Assembly: GCA_965242865.1 (NCBI GenBank)
Contig: CBDETK010000013.1
Location: 1,056,001-1,120,000 of the forward strand
DNA from: Candidatus Latescibacterota bacterium
Lineage (GTDB): Bacteria; Latescibacterota; UBA2968; UBA8231
Reading direction: 5' to 3'
Length of the DNA: 64,000 nt
Shown here: positions 19,705 to 28,630 of the stretch, piece after piece
How positions within the stretch are numbered: the first letter of the stretch is position 1
Layout of the letters: the number at the start of each line of letters is the position of its first letter
Program-made: the position numbers and the translations under genes
The notes under the pieces: generated by a model
What the model was told of the DNA's origin: nothing
Seen by the model: the letters and a program-made list of their open reading frames with translations, nothing else
Databases searched by the model: none

Positions 19705-21276
19705 TTGCAGCAGCGGCTTTTTCCCCTGCTGGCCTCGGCCCTCCTGTCGGGCCTGCTCTTCGTAGTTAGCATCCCCAAATTCGATCAGTACTACCTCGCT
19801 TGGATTTGCCTGCTGCCGCTCTTTTTGGCTCGGCACTGGCTGCCCGCCCCAAGCCACTTTGCCCTCGGGCTGGTCGCGGGCCTCGTCTGGGCGACCGGGC
19901 GCACGTACTGGATCACCGAGACCCTGCAATTGTACGGCTCGCTGTCCTCGGCGGCCGCCGGGGCGACTAATGCGCTGCTCATCTCGTACATGGCCTTGTA
20001 TCTGGCCTGCTTTGTCGCGGTGTGCCGCCGCCTAAACTTTTCCTCCCCGCTCTTTGCGTGGTCGGCCGCCGGCGTCTGGGTCCTTTTAGAGTGGGTGCAA
20101 AACTGGATGTTGAGCGGCTTTCCTTGGCAGCTTTTGGGCTACTCCCAGTACCTCAACCTGCCCCTCCTCCAATGGGCGGCCATAACCGGGGTCTATGGCC
20201 TCAGTTTCCTCATCGTCCTATTCAACGCCGCACTGGCCCAAGCCCTCTCGCACCGCGCCTTCCTCCCCTATCTGGGCCTGCCCCTCGTCCTGCTGGTCGC
20301 CGTTTATCTATGGGGCCTTTATCGGCTGCACGACGAGCCGGACCGGCCGCCAGCGACCCTGAAGGTCGGCGTCGTCCAAGGCAATATCCCCCAAGGCCGC
20401 AAGTGGCAGGAGGATCGGCTGGCTTGGACCACTCGGCACTACGCCGCGCTCACCCGGGACTTGGCCGCGGCCGAAAAACCAGCGCTGATCATCTATCCCG
20501 AGACGGCCCTGCCGCTCTATTTTGGCGACCCTTTGTACGCGGCCTATGTCGATTCGATAACCGCCCTAGCGCCCGCACTAGATACGCCCATGTTGGTCGG
20601 CAGCCTCAAGGGGGATTCGCAAAACCGCACGGCGCCGATCTACAACCGGGCCTTCCTGCTCAATGCTCAAGGGGAAGTCGTGGATTACGCCGACAAGGTC
20701 CACTTGGTGCCTTTTGGCGAGTTTCTACCCTTTCCATCCATCTTTCACTATTTGGGCGGGCTTACGGCAGAAAGCGGCATCTTCGCCCCCGGAGCAAGGC
20801 ACAAAGCCCTGCGGCTTCCGCGCAGCGACACTTCATTCGGGGTCTTTATTTGCTACGAGTCCATCTTCCCGGAAATCACCCGCGCCCTGATGGCCCAAGA
20901 GCCTGACTTTCTGGTCAACACCACCAACGACGCTTGGTTTGGCACCACCGCGGCCCCGCATCAGCACTTTGCCCAAGCGGTCCTGCGGGCCGTAGAAAGC
21001 GGGCGGGCCGTAGTCCGCGCCGCCAATACCGGCATTTCCGGCTTAATCGAACCGAGCGGGCGCATTGCCCATCGCACGCCGCTTTTTGCCACTGTGGGCT
21101 TTGCCCTAGACGTGCCCCTGCACCAAGGCCAGACGATCTACACGCGCTGCGGGGACTGGCCGCTCATGCTCTGCGCCCTCGCGCTAACGCTGGCCGTGGC
21201 CCTTAGATCTGGGTACGTTCGACATTGGCGCCGTGTCCTCGCATGGTGGGGACTAGGTTATGTGACGTTTGGCTGA
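19705..21276 (+). CDS. lnt: Apolipoprotein N-acyltransferase
   Basis: GFPWQLLGYSQ, VQGNIPQ, PETA, KVHLVPFGEF, ICYESIFP, TNDAWFG, RAANTGIS. Confidence 0.95.
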   Translation: MQQRLFPLLASALLSGLLFVVSIPKFDQYYLAWICLLPLFLARHWLPAPSHFALGLVAGLVWATGRTYWITETLQLYGSLSSAAAGATNALLISYMALYLACFVAVCRRLNFSSPLFAWSAAGVWVLLEWVQNWMLSGFPWQLLGYSQYLNLPLLQWAAITGVYGLSFLIVLFNAALAQALSHRAFLPYLGLPLVLLVAVYLWGLYRLHDEPDRPPATLKVGVVQGNIPQGRKWQEDRLAWTTRHYAALTRDLAAAEKPALIIYPETALPLYFGDPLYAAYVDSITALAPALDTPMLVGSLKGDSQNRTAPIYNRAFLLNAQGEVVDYADKVHLVPFGEFLPFPSIFHYLGGLTAESGIFAPGARHKALRLPRSDTSFGVFICYESIFPEITRALMAQEPDFLVNTTNDAWFGTTAAPHQHFAQAVLRAVESGRAVVRAANTGISGLIEPSGRIAHRTPLFATVGFALDVPLHQGQTIYTRCGDWPLMLCALALTLAVALRSGYVRHWRRVLAWWGLGYVTFG

Positions 21277-22795
21277 GGGGATTGAATGTCAGATCTATCG
21301 ATACGAGCGCGCCTTGAGCCTGAGCTATGGGGAGCAACGGACTTATATCCACAATCCGGTTGGTGGTTAGCGACAGATTAGTCAAGCTGGTTAGGCTGCC
21401 CAACGCACTCACATTCACAATCCGGTTGGTGTGTAGATTCAGGGTTGTCAGATTGGTTAGGTTGCCCAACGCACTCACATTCACAATCCGGTTGTTGCGT
21501 AGGCTCAGGTATGTCAGATTAGTTAGGCTGCCCAACGCACTCACATTCACAATCTGGTTGTCGCGTAGGCTCAGGTATGTCAGATTAGTTAGGCTGCCCA
21601 ACGCACTCACATTCACAATCTGGTTGTCGCGTAGGCTCAGGTATGTCAGATTAGTTAGGTTGCCCAACGCACTCACACTCGTAATCGAGTTGCCCCTCAG
21701 CTCCAGCCTTGTCAGACTGGTTAGGTTAGCCAGCGGCCTCAAGTCCGTAATCGAGTTGTTCCACCCTAGCTCCAGCGTCTCCAGTGCTGTCGCGTGTTCG
21801 AGGCCGGTCAAGTCCGCAATGCTTCGACTGTTCGCTCGGAGTAAGGTCAGAGAAGCCAGATCCGCCGGGGTAATATCCCTAGGCGGGCAACCATCCGTGG
21901 GGCAAACTGTCCACCGCACCGCAAGCTCCAGATTGGCGTCGGGGATGAGTTTTTGTTCCGGTTCTTCTGGATAGACTTGGGCGGTTTCGACGCGGGGGTA
22001 TTTTTCTAGTACCGCTACGACGCGGAGGCCGCTTGTTATCGCGGCGGCGAGTTGTTGGTTGGCCGCGTGCTGGCTAAGGGCGTTTTCCATCACGCCCAGC
22101 CATTGCAGGTTCGTCAGGCTGGCCAAGGGACTGACATCCGCAATGTCGTTGTCTCCTAGCTGGATCCATTGCAGGTTCGTTAGGCGAGCTAACGGACTCA
22201 CGTCGGTAATCGCGTTGCCCCACATATCCAGCGTGCGCAAGCGGATCAGGCTGGCCAGCGGACTCGCATCCGCCACCTTGTTCCCCCACAGCGACAACGT
22301 TTGAAGGTTGGTCAAGCGGGCCAACGGCTGCACATCGGTAATCGCGTTGCCCCGCAGATACAGCGTGTGCAGGGCCGTTGCGTGTTCAAGGCCGGCCACG
22401 CTCTCAATGTTTTTATAGCTCGCGTCGAGTTCGGTTAGGGCCGCCAAATCTGCCGGGGTCAGCGGCCCTGACGGGCGGTCCAACGCCTCCCGCACCGCTC
22501 GCTCCAAATTGGCGTCGGCGAACTCCACGGTCGCCGATTGAGTGCTATCGGCGTCAGCGTCGGTCTGGGTGCTATCGGCTTCGGCGTCGGTCTGGGTGGT
22601 GTCGGGGCTTTCGGGGGCGGGCAGCCCGTCGGTAGCGGTGTAGGTATCGTCGCCCAAGAATTCGCACAAGGAACAGGTGGCTTTGCCCGCCGGCCGAGAG
22701 GCGACCGGCGCGGAGTCTGAGCAGCCGATCCAAGTGCTGACGATGCCCAAAAGGACGAACCCAAGCAGGGTTTTTATCGATTTCAACGAAAGCAT
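21203..22795 (-). CDS. Internalin-like leucine-rich-repeat lipoprotein (paralog A: LRR + LRR)
   Basis: AAGGAG RBS, lipobox WIGC, FADANLE cap, 22-aa LxxLTNLxxLxLxxNxI repeats in two blocks. Confidence 0.88.
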   Translation of the reverse strand: MLSLKSIKTLLGFVLLGIVSTWIGCSDSAPVASRPAGKATCSLCEFLGDDTYTATDGLPAPESPDTTQTDAEADSTQTDADADSTQSATVEFADANLERAVREALDRPSGPLTPADLAALTELDASYKNIESVAGLEHATALHTLYLRGNAITDVQPLARLTNLQTLSLWGNKVADASPLASLIRLRTLDMWGNAITDVSPLARLTNLQWIQLGDNDIADVSPLASLTNLQWLGVMENALSQHAANQQLAAAITSGLRVVAVLEKYPRVETAQVYPEEPEQKLIPDANLELAVRWTVCPTDGCPPRDITPADLASLTLLRANSRSIADLTGLEHATALETLELGWNNSITDLRPLANLTSLTRLELRGNSITSVSALGNLTNLTYLSLRDNQIVNVSALGSLTNLTYLSLRDNQIVNVSALGSLTNLTYLSLRNNRIVNVSALGNLTNLTTLNLHTNRIVNVSALGSLTSLTNLSLTTNRIVDISPLLPIAQAQGALVSIDLTFNPLSQTSHNLVPTMRGHGANVERTQI

Positions 22796-23132
22796 TTTTT
22801 GCTCCTTTGTATGGATATGGTGTGGAAACAGGAAGAGAGGCATGACGCACCCAAAGAGGCAGAGCTAGCCCTAGGGCTGTGCTTGGAGCACTCAGAACGC
22901 GCCTCTTGCTGTGGGTGCGCCTTTGCTGGTGTTCTGGCGGCGTCCGGGGCGAGGAGATTCCGCCCTCGGTTTTTGGCAGACAGCTTGCGGGGGTGGTGCC
23001 GTAAACGGGGACCAGCATAAAGGCCGCACGGCAGCGTGCGCTTGGGGCCACGCGGCCAGATCGACGCGCCGCCCAATGGCCGCGCACGAGCCGTCGGCCG
23101 ATGCTGAGAAGTAGAGAGTGTAGTGCTTGGTG

Positions 23133-23246
23133 CTAGCGGAGAATTTTCGGGGGGGTGGGGGTGGGGGTTAAGTCGTTGTTTTTCAAGTACTTACGACACA
23201 TTAAATTTGACGATGAATCCAAGCACTCAACAGGGTTTTGCCCCAT
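23133..23246 (-). CDS. Putative upstream leader ORF crossing the interrupted poly-C tract (copy A)
   Basis: MGQNPV...RKYLKNNDLTPTPTPPKILR*, same frame and length as copy B; AGGGG lies 7 nt before the ATG. Alternative starts extend to 23315. Confidence 0.45.
   Translation of the reverse strand: MGQNPVECLDSSSNLMCRKYLKNNDLTPTPTPPKILR
23149..23168. repeat. Interrupted homopolymer tract G7TG5TG5T
   Basis: Read directly; same position and length as G20 at 54887-54906. Confidence 0.9.
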
Positions 23247-23326
23247 AGCAAGGCCCCTGCCTGATGTGAAATGCTTAACCATCGTCTCGTTCATTACGTC
23301 AACCGATCGTGCCAAATTTGCCGCTG

Positions 23327-23432
23327 TAACGGGCAGGCACGGGGGCCTGCCCCAACGCCTATAATTCTAACGGGCAGGCACGGGGGCCTGCCCCAACGAA
23401 ATTCTAACGGGCAGGCACGGGGGGCCGCCCCT
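23327..23432. repeat. Three tandem REP-like hairpins
   Basis: TAACGGGCAGGCACGGGGGCCTGCCCCAACG twice plus one degenerate copy; stem GGGCAGGC/GCCTGCCC. Confidence 0.85.
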
Positions 23433-23534
23433 GATTTAGGTTCTTTGCCGTCGTTAAATAAAAGCCTAAACACAGAAGCCGCAACCTTGCTTACTTCTAA
23501 GGCCCCAAGGTGGGTTTGCGGAGTAGACCGCTTC

Positions 23535-24320
23535 TTAGGCATTGCGACTGAACACCACCGGGCAATGCGTCGGGTCGTCGATAAAGGCCGTTAGGCCCTC
23601 CCGCTTGTCACCCACCGGGCGCGACCGCTCGGTGCGCAGGTGAACGGCCAAGCTGCGCCGCGGTCTCGTCGAGGAATTGGGGCCGCTGCCGTGTAGCGTC
23701 AGGCAGTGGTGAAAGCTCACGCCCCCTTTGGGCAGGGTCGCGGCTACTTCCACCCATTCGCCGTTAGCCTGCGCGACCAACTCGCGCTTCTGTTGGGCTA
23801 GGTCTTGGCCGAAGAAATCGCTGCCCGGCAGCAATCCCCACTGATGCGAGCCGCGCACAAAGCGCATCGGCCCGTCCGCAGAGCCGACCTCGCTCAAGGC
23901 GATCCACGCCGTAAACAACTCGCTGCCCTCTTCCCAAGCTCCCCAGTAGTTGCGGTCCTGATGCCATCCCACGTTGGCGTCTCCGCTCCCCGGCGGCTTG
24001 TACAGCAACTGCACCCACCAGACTTGGACCCACTCGGCCCCACAGACTTGAGCGGCCAACGCCCCAAGGGCCGGATGCTTGATCAGGTCCATAATCGCCC
24101 GATTGGCGATTTGGGGCTTTTCAATTTTGCACAATCGCGTCGGGTCGTCGCCCGGCTGCCACGCCGAGGGACGGGGCGGCACCCCGGTATCGTACTCGCC
24201 CCGCCGCACCGCATCCATGCCGGCCACCGCACGATCGACCGCGTCTAAGGGCCACAAGGCGGCCGCGTGGATGTAAAACCCATCCCGCCGATACGCTGCT
24301 TCGGAAGTTGCGCTCATCAT
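23535..24320 (-). CDS. Phytanoyl-CoA dioxygenase (PhyH) family protein
   Basis: WHQD..YW, TAWIAL, GPMRFVRGSH, FHHCLTLHGSGPN...RRSL. Confidence 0.9.
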   Translation of the reverse strand: MMSATSEAAYRRDGFYIHAAALWPLDAVDRAVAGMDAVRRGEYDTGVPPRPSAWQPGDDPTRLCKIEKPQIANRAIMDLIKHPALGALAAQVCGAEWVQVWWVQLLYKPPGSGDANVGWHQDRNYWGAWEEGSELFTAWIALSEVGSADGPMRFVRGSHQWGLLPGSDFFGQDLAQQKRELVAQANGEWVEVAATLPKGGVSFHHCLTLHGSGPNSSTRPRRSLAVHLRTERSRPVGDKREGLTAFIDDPTHCPVVFSRNA

Positions 24321-24331
24321 GGCCGGCCCTC

Positions 24332-25438
24332 CTAAGCCGGACAAGCGGGAATATCGACCCACCGCCGCTCGGCCGCGGCTTGGAGAATGGCGTCGGCCAC
24401 GGCCTGCGCCCGCATCCCGTGATAAAACGAGGGCACGCAATCGCGCCCTTCGCGGATGGCACTGACAAATTCCCACGCTTGGTCGTAGCGAAAGGTCTGC
24501 ACAGGATCGCCGACCGCGGGATCGCGCGGCGCATTGGGCCGCTTGAGAAATTCTGCCGGCACGGGTCGGTGCTGATAGGGTTCGTCGCGGGGCGCGAACA
24601 GCACCTCGTGCGGCGCGTGCAAGCGATAGACGACCGAGGCGTCTTCCCCGTTGAGTTCGGCCAAGTCGTGGTCGCCCGTTGGGCCGTAGCCCTTGCTCAG
24701 CTTGCCCATCTCAAAGACGCCCGTGGCCCCGCTTTTGAACTCGGCGATCCACGCGATCCAATCCTCCACATCCTGCGGTGGGCACGGCTGGCCAGCGCGG
24801 GTCTGATCCCGCGGCACCACCTGCTTGGCCGCGCTGCACACCGCCGCTATCGGCCCCAGCAAATCCTCGGCAAAATCAATGCGGTGAATGCCCATATCGC
24901 CCAGCTCGCCCGACCCGGCGTAGCGCTGGTATTGCCGCCAGCCAATGGCCCGCTCTCCCCAGTCTTGCAGGCGCTGGAAACGGGCGTGGCGGATCGGCCC
25001 GAGCACCCCGGTCTGCACCAAGTGGCGGATGTAGTTCATGGCGGGCACAAAGCGATAGGTAAAAGCCGTCATGTGGCGTCGCCCCGACGCCTTGCCCCGC
25101 TCGTAGATCGCCCGAGTTTGGGCCAAATCCATGCCTAGCGGCTTCTCGCATAGCACGTGGCAGCCCGCGTCTAAGGCTTGGACGATCAGCTCGCAGTGAT
25201 AGACGTTGGGCACGGCGATGCAGACCGCATCCGGGGCGACCGCCTCTAAGAGCGCGTCCAGCCGGTCAAAGGCAGCGGCAATGCCCCACTCCGCTTGCCG
25301 CTTGTGCCGCAACGTCTCGTTAGGCTCGCAGATGCCAGCCATTTCGACCCCGGGGATCAGCCGCAGCCCGGGGTAGTGGACCCCCGCACAGACGCCGCCA
25401 GTGCCCACCAACCCCACGCGCAGTGCCTCTTGGTTCAT
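24332..25438 (-). CDS. Gfo/Idh/MocA oxidoreductase
   Basis: VGLVGTG, HVLCEKP, GELGDMGIHRID. Confidence 0.9.
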   Translation of the reverse strand: MNQEALRVGLVGTGGVCAGVHYPGLRLIPGVEMAGICEPNETLRHKRQAEWGIAAAFDRLDALLEAVAPDAVCIAVPNVYHCELIVQALDAGCHVLCEKPLGMDLAQTRAIYERGKASGRRHMTAFTYRFVPAMNYIRHLVQTGVLGPIRHARFQRLQDWGERAIGWRQYQRYAGSGELGDMGIHRIDFAEDLLGPIAAVCSAAKQVVPRDQTRAGQPCPPQDVEDWIAWIAEFKSGATGVFEMGKLSKGYGPTGDHDLAELNGEDASVVYRLHAPHEVLFAPRDEPYQHRPVPAEFLKRPNAPRDPAVGDPVQTFRYDQAWEFVSAIREGRDCVPSFYHGMRAQAVADAILQAAAERRWVDIPACPA

Positions 25439-26361
25439 ACGACGCCCTCTCTCCCCTGCACTTGCCGCTCGGCCTCGGCCAGCGCATCGACGAGCACGTG
25501 CAACCGCGGCAAGTCCTCGTCCGCCACCTCCTCGGCAAAAGGGATCACCGGCCCGCCCGCCAGCCCGACCCGATCCATCGCTGCGTGCAGCGCCGAGCCG
25601 CTATACCGCGCCAGCCGCTCCCCGCGCAGATCCTCAAAGGGCACCATCTGCCGCTGAATCTCCTCCGCGCCCGCACGGTCGCCCGCCGCAAAATGCGCTA
25701 GCAGCGCCCGGCTCATACCGGGGACGAAGTTGGCCATCCCCGAGCTAAACCCCACCGCGCCAGCCGCCATATAGTCGATACAAGGCTCTTCGGCCATGCC
25801 GCAGACCATGGCTGCGTCCGCCCCAGCGCCCGCGACGATCTGCCGGAATGCCGCTAGGTCATCTACGGCGTATTTAAGCCCCACCACTTCGTCGAGCCGA
25901 CACAGGGCCACGGTTTGCTCGACCGGCATAATGTCCAGCCGGCGCTGGTACAGTATCGTGGGCAACTGAGTTTTCTCGGCCAACTCGCGCAGGCCCACGG
26001 CCACACCGCCGGCCGAGGCTGGCCCGACGATGGGCATGATCATCACCCCGGCCACGCCTACGGAGCGGGCGATCCGCCCCATTTCCAGCGCCCGGCCATA
26101 GCCCGGGCCGATCCCCGGCACCACCAACGCCTCCCCGGCCGCCGCTTCCACAAAGGCCCCAACAACGGCCTCGTACTCGTCTAAGGCCATGTCGTACACC
26201 AGCCCCGTGCCGCACGCCGGCATGATAAAGTCAACGCCCCGTTCACAGAGAAAGCGCACATTGCGGCCAATCCCCGCCCGGTCGATGCCCCGTTGGCGGT
26301 CGCGGGGCGTGATCGCGACGACCAACACATTGTGGCAATGTTCTTTTTTTAATGTTCTCAT
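25435..26361 (-). CDS. DapA/DHDPS-family aldolase or dehydratase (KDG dehydratase-like)
   Basis: ITP, ACGTG, ILYQR, VVGLKY. Confidence 0.85.
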   Translation of the reverse strand: MRTLKKEHCHNVLVVAITPRDRQRGIDRAGIGRNVRFLCERGVDFIMPACGTGLVYDMALDEYEAVVGAFVEAAAGEALVVPGIGPGYGRALEMGRIARSVGVAGVMIMPIVGPASAGGVAVGLRELAEKTQLPTILYQRRLDIMPVEQTVALCRLDEVVGLKYAVDDLAAFRQIVAGAGADAAMVCGMAEEPCIDYMAAGAVGFSSGMANFVPGMSRALLAHFAAGDRAGAEEIQRQMVPFEDLRGERLARYSGSALHAAMDRVGLAGGPVIPFAEEVADEDLPRLHVLVDALAEAERQVQGREGVV

Positions 26362-26370
26362 ATCGCGCTC

Positions 26371-26742
26371 CTAAGCCCAGACGGTTTTGGTCGAGGTGGT
26401 GGCGTGTTGGTTGTAGTGTTCCCGATAGTCCTCGCGCGGCGGGCTGAAGATGTCGAGGATTTTGGCCGGCCCTTGTTCAACTTTTCCCCAGTGGACCACG
26501 TTGGGCGGAATCAAAAAGGCGTCGCCCGGGCCGGTGACCCGCTCCTCGGCCCCAATGCGAAAGCGGAACCGCCCGGCCAGCACCAAGCCCGCTTGCTCGT
26601 GCGGGTGGCTGTGTTCGGGCACTTCGCAGCCTTCGGCCATATCCAAAAACGAGAGCATCAGCCGCTCGCCCGCCACCAAGCCGCTCTTGATTTGGGGAAA
26701 AAGCTCCACAACCGCAAGTTCTGCGGGATCGATAAAGGGCAT
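26371..26742 (-). CDS. Cupin domain protein
   Basis: PEHSHPHEQAG...IPPNVVH...DIFSPPREDY. Confidence 0.9.
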   Translation of the reverse strand: MPFIDPAELAVVELFPQIKSGLVAGERLMLSFLDMAEGCEVPEHSHPHEQAGLVLAGRFRFRIGAEERVTGPGDAFLIPPNVVHWGKVEQGPAKILDIFSPPREDYREHYNQHATTSTKTVWA

Positions 26743-26759
26743 CGTCTCCTCCTATTCTC

Positions 26760-28091
26760 TTATTCGACAAAGCTCCGCAACCAAGCATCGCCGCGATAGC
26801 GCGGCCACAGCGTGATAAAGCGACCGACCATGAGGCCGCTGTAGGCCATCCAAGCACCGGCCAATTCCCAATCCAACCAGTATATAAAAACCAACGCCGC
26901 CGGCACAAACACCCCCAAGGTCGCCAGCGCCATCGCCTTGAACAGATACCCCATATCGCTCGCGCCGATAAAAATTCCGTCAAACACAAAGACTACCGCG
27001 TTCAACGGCTGGATCAGCCCGATGAGCACGTAGAGCGCGCCGACCTGTTCGACCACGTCCCGATGCGGGGTAAACAGCGCGGCAATCGGCTCCAATGCCG
27101 CCAAGTAAGCCAAGCCAAACCCCGCCCCGAGCCCCAAGCCCCAGCCTAGGATCCGCCGCGCAAACTCCCGGGCCTCGGCAAAAAGGCGGCCCCCGACACA
27201 GCGGCCAACCAGCGTCTCGGCCGCGTGGGCAAACCCGTCCACGGCAAAACTGGTCAGCCCCCAGATCTGCAAAATCACCGCGTTGGCGGCCAGCGGCGCT
27301 TCGCCCATCCGCGAGACCATGCCGAGCGTAACAAAACCGGCAAATTGCAGGCAGAGGGTGCGGCCAAAGAGGAAAGCATTGGTCTGCAACAAGCGCTTCA
27401 TCGCAGCCAAGTCCCAAAGCCTCGTCGGCCACGCCCGCAGATAGACTCGGTAGCGGCGGACCAACAAAAACCCCCCGGTGGCCAGCGCGGCCCCATTGCC
27501 CAGCACCGAAGCCCAAGCCGCCCCTTCGACGCCCAGCTCGGGCGCACCCCACTTGCCGTAGATAAGCGCGTAGTCCGCGCCGATATTGACCGCGTTGGCC
27601 ACGGTCGTAACCCACAGGGGCGCGATGGCGTTGGCGGTGCCGAGGAAAAAGCCGTTGAGCGTCATAACGCTCAGCGCGAGGGGGGCTTCCCACACCCGGA
27701 TGGCAAAGTAGCGCATTCCCCAGTGCTGGACTTGGGGCGACCCACCGGCCAACTCAAACCCAATCCGGCTGATCCAGCCGCCCGCCGCGGCGATTGCGAG
27801 GCCGAGGCCGACGGCCACGATGAGCGAGCGGTAGAGCACCTCCGCGCCCCGGCGTCGATCGCCGGCCCCGCTGTATTGGGCCACCAAGGCCGTGGTCCCC
27901 ATCCGCAGAAAGGCCAAGCACCAGAATAGGGCGTTGAAGATCAAGCTCGCCGTAGAGACCGCGCCCATAAAGGCCACTTCCGGCAAATGGCCGATCAGCG
28001 CGGTGTCGGCAATGCCGATCAGGGGCGTGGATAGGGCCGCGAGGATATTGGGGATGGCGAGGCGGAGGATCCGGCGGTCGAGAGCCTTCAA
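26760..28091 (-). CDS. MATE efflux transporter (DinF-like)
   Basis: ILRLAIPNIL...PLIGIADTALIGHL, FLRMGTT, DGFAHAAE, FVFDGIFIG. Confidence 0.92.
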   Translation of the reverse strand: MKALDRRILRLAIPNILAALSTPLIGIADTALIGHLPEVAFMGAVSTASLIFNALFWCLAFLRMGTTALVAQYSGAGDRRRGAEVLYRSLIVAVGLGLAIAAAGGWISRIGFELAGGSPQVQHWGMRYFAIRVWEAPLALSVMTLNGFFLGTANAIAPLWVTTVANAVNIGADYALIYGKWGAPELGVEGAAWASVLGNGAALATGGFLLVRRYRVYLRAWPTRLWDLAAMKRLLQTNAFLFGRTLCLQFAGFVTLGMVSRMGEAPLAANAVILQIWGLTSFAVDGFAHAAETLVGRCVGGRLFAEAREFARRILGWGLGLGAGFGLAYLAALEPIAALFTPHRDVVEQVGALYVLIGLIQPLNAVVFVFDGIFIGASDMGYLFKAMALATLGVFVPAALVFIYWLDWELAGAWMAYSGLMVGRFITLWPRYRGDAWLRSFVE

Positions 28092-28426
28092 TCCTCGGCC
28101 TCGGGACGCCAGCCAAATCGGTTCAGGTCAATGCGGTGCGCCGTAAAGACCACGCCCTCGCCGGCCAAGAGCGCGTATTGCAGCAGATGATTGTGGCCGC
28201 TGCGCGGCGAGACCTTGCCTTGGGCGTTGATGATGCGGTGCCAAGGCAGGTCCCAGTCCTCGGGCATCCCGGAGAGCGCGAAACCGACTTGCCGCGCCCG
28301 CCCCGGATAACCGGCTAGAGCCGCGACCTGCCCGTAGGTGGCCACCTTGCCGTAGGGTACGCAGGCAATGGTCTCGTAAAACGCCCGGCGCATCAGGCTC
28401 TCAGCCGTTGGACGCTGCGGCCTCAT
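28088..28426 (-). CDS. MGMT/alkyltransferase-like (Atl/YbaZ) protein
   Basis: VPYGKVATYGQVA...ARQVG...LPWHRIIN; PWHR marks the non-catalytic ATL type. Confidence 0.9.
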   Translation of the reverse strand: MRPQRPTAESLMRRAFYETIACVPYGKVATYGQVAALAGYPGRARQVGFALSGMPEDWDLPWHRIINAQGKVSPRSGHNHLLQYALLAGEGVVFTAHRIDLNRFGWRPEAED

Positions 28427-28625
28427 CGCGCCCTTCCAAAAAGTCGAGGGCCTTCACGTAGCTGCGCTTGGCCAAGAAGTGGCGCACCTCCGCCGGGATT
28501 TCTTGGCCCAGTGCTTGGCCGAGCTCGTCGAGCCGCTGCAGGTGCGCGGCAATCGCTGCGCCCTCGCGGTTGTCAATGGCCGCGAGCAGCGCGTGCAGGG
28601 TGGCGTGCAACTGGTCCAGTGCCAT
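28401..28625 (-). CDS. Hypothetical small protein
   Basis: 74-aa ORF in operon context ending HFLAKRSYVKALDFL. Confidence 0.65.
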   Translation of the reverse strand: MALDQLHATLHALLAAIDNREGAAIAAHLQRLDELGQALGQEIPAEVRHFLAKRSYVKALDFLEGRDEAAASNG

Positions 28626-28630
28626 AGCTC

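Larger units (their letters stand above)
21966..23501. repeat. ~1.5-kb dispersed repeat, copy A (leader + constant lipoprotein N-half)
   Basis: Aligns by eye with 53695-55238 from the VYPE codons to CTTACTTCTAAG. Confidence 0.92.

Noticed and set aside
22800-23130. Known riboswitch or ncRNA in the conserved leader
   Set aside because: I recognise no aptamer consensus, and two copies give no convincing covariation beyond small palindromes. A cmscan/R-scape run would be needed.
23298-23316. Sigma-54 or sigma-70 promoter in the cassette leader (minus strand TGGCACGATCGGTTGACG)
   Set aside because: No GC at the -12 position for sigma-54, and TTGACG has no TANNNT at 16-18 nt spacing.
23327-23432. 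CRISPR array from the three ~31-nt repeats
   Set aside because: Spacers are only 6-10 nt, there are just three units and no cas genes; a REP-like reading fits better.
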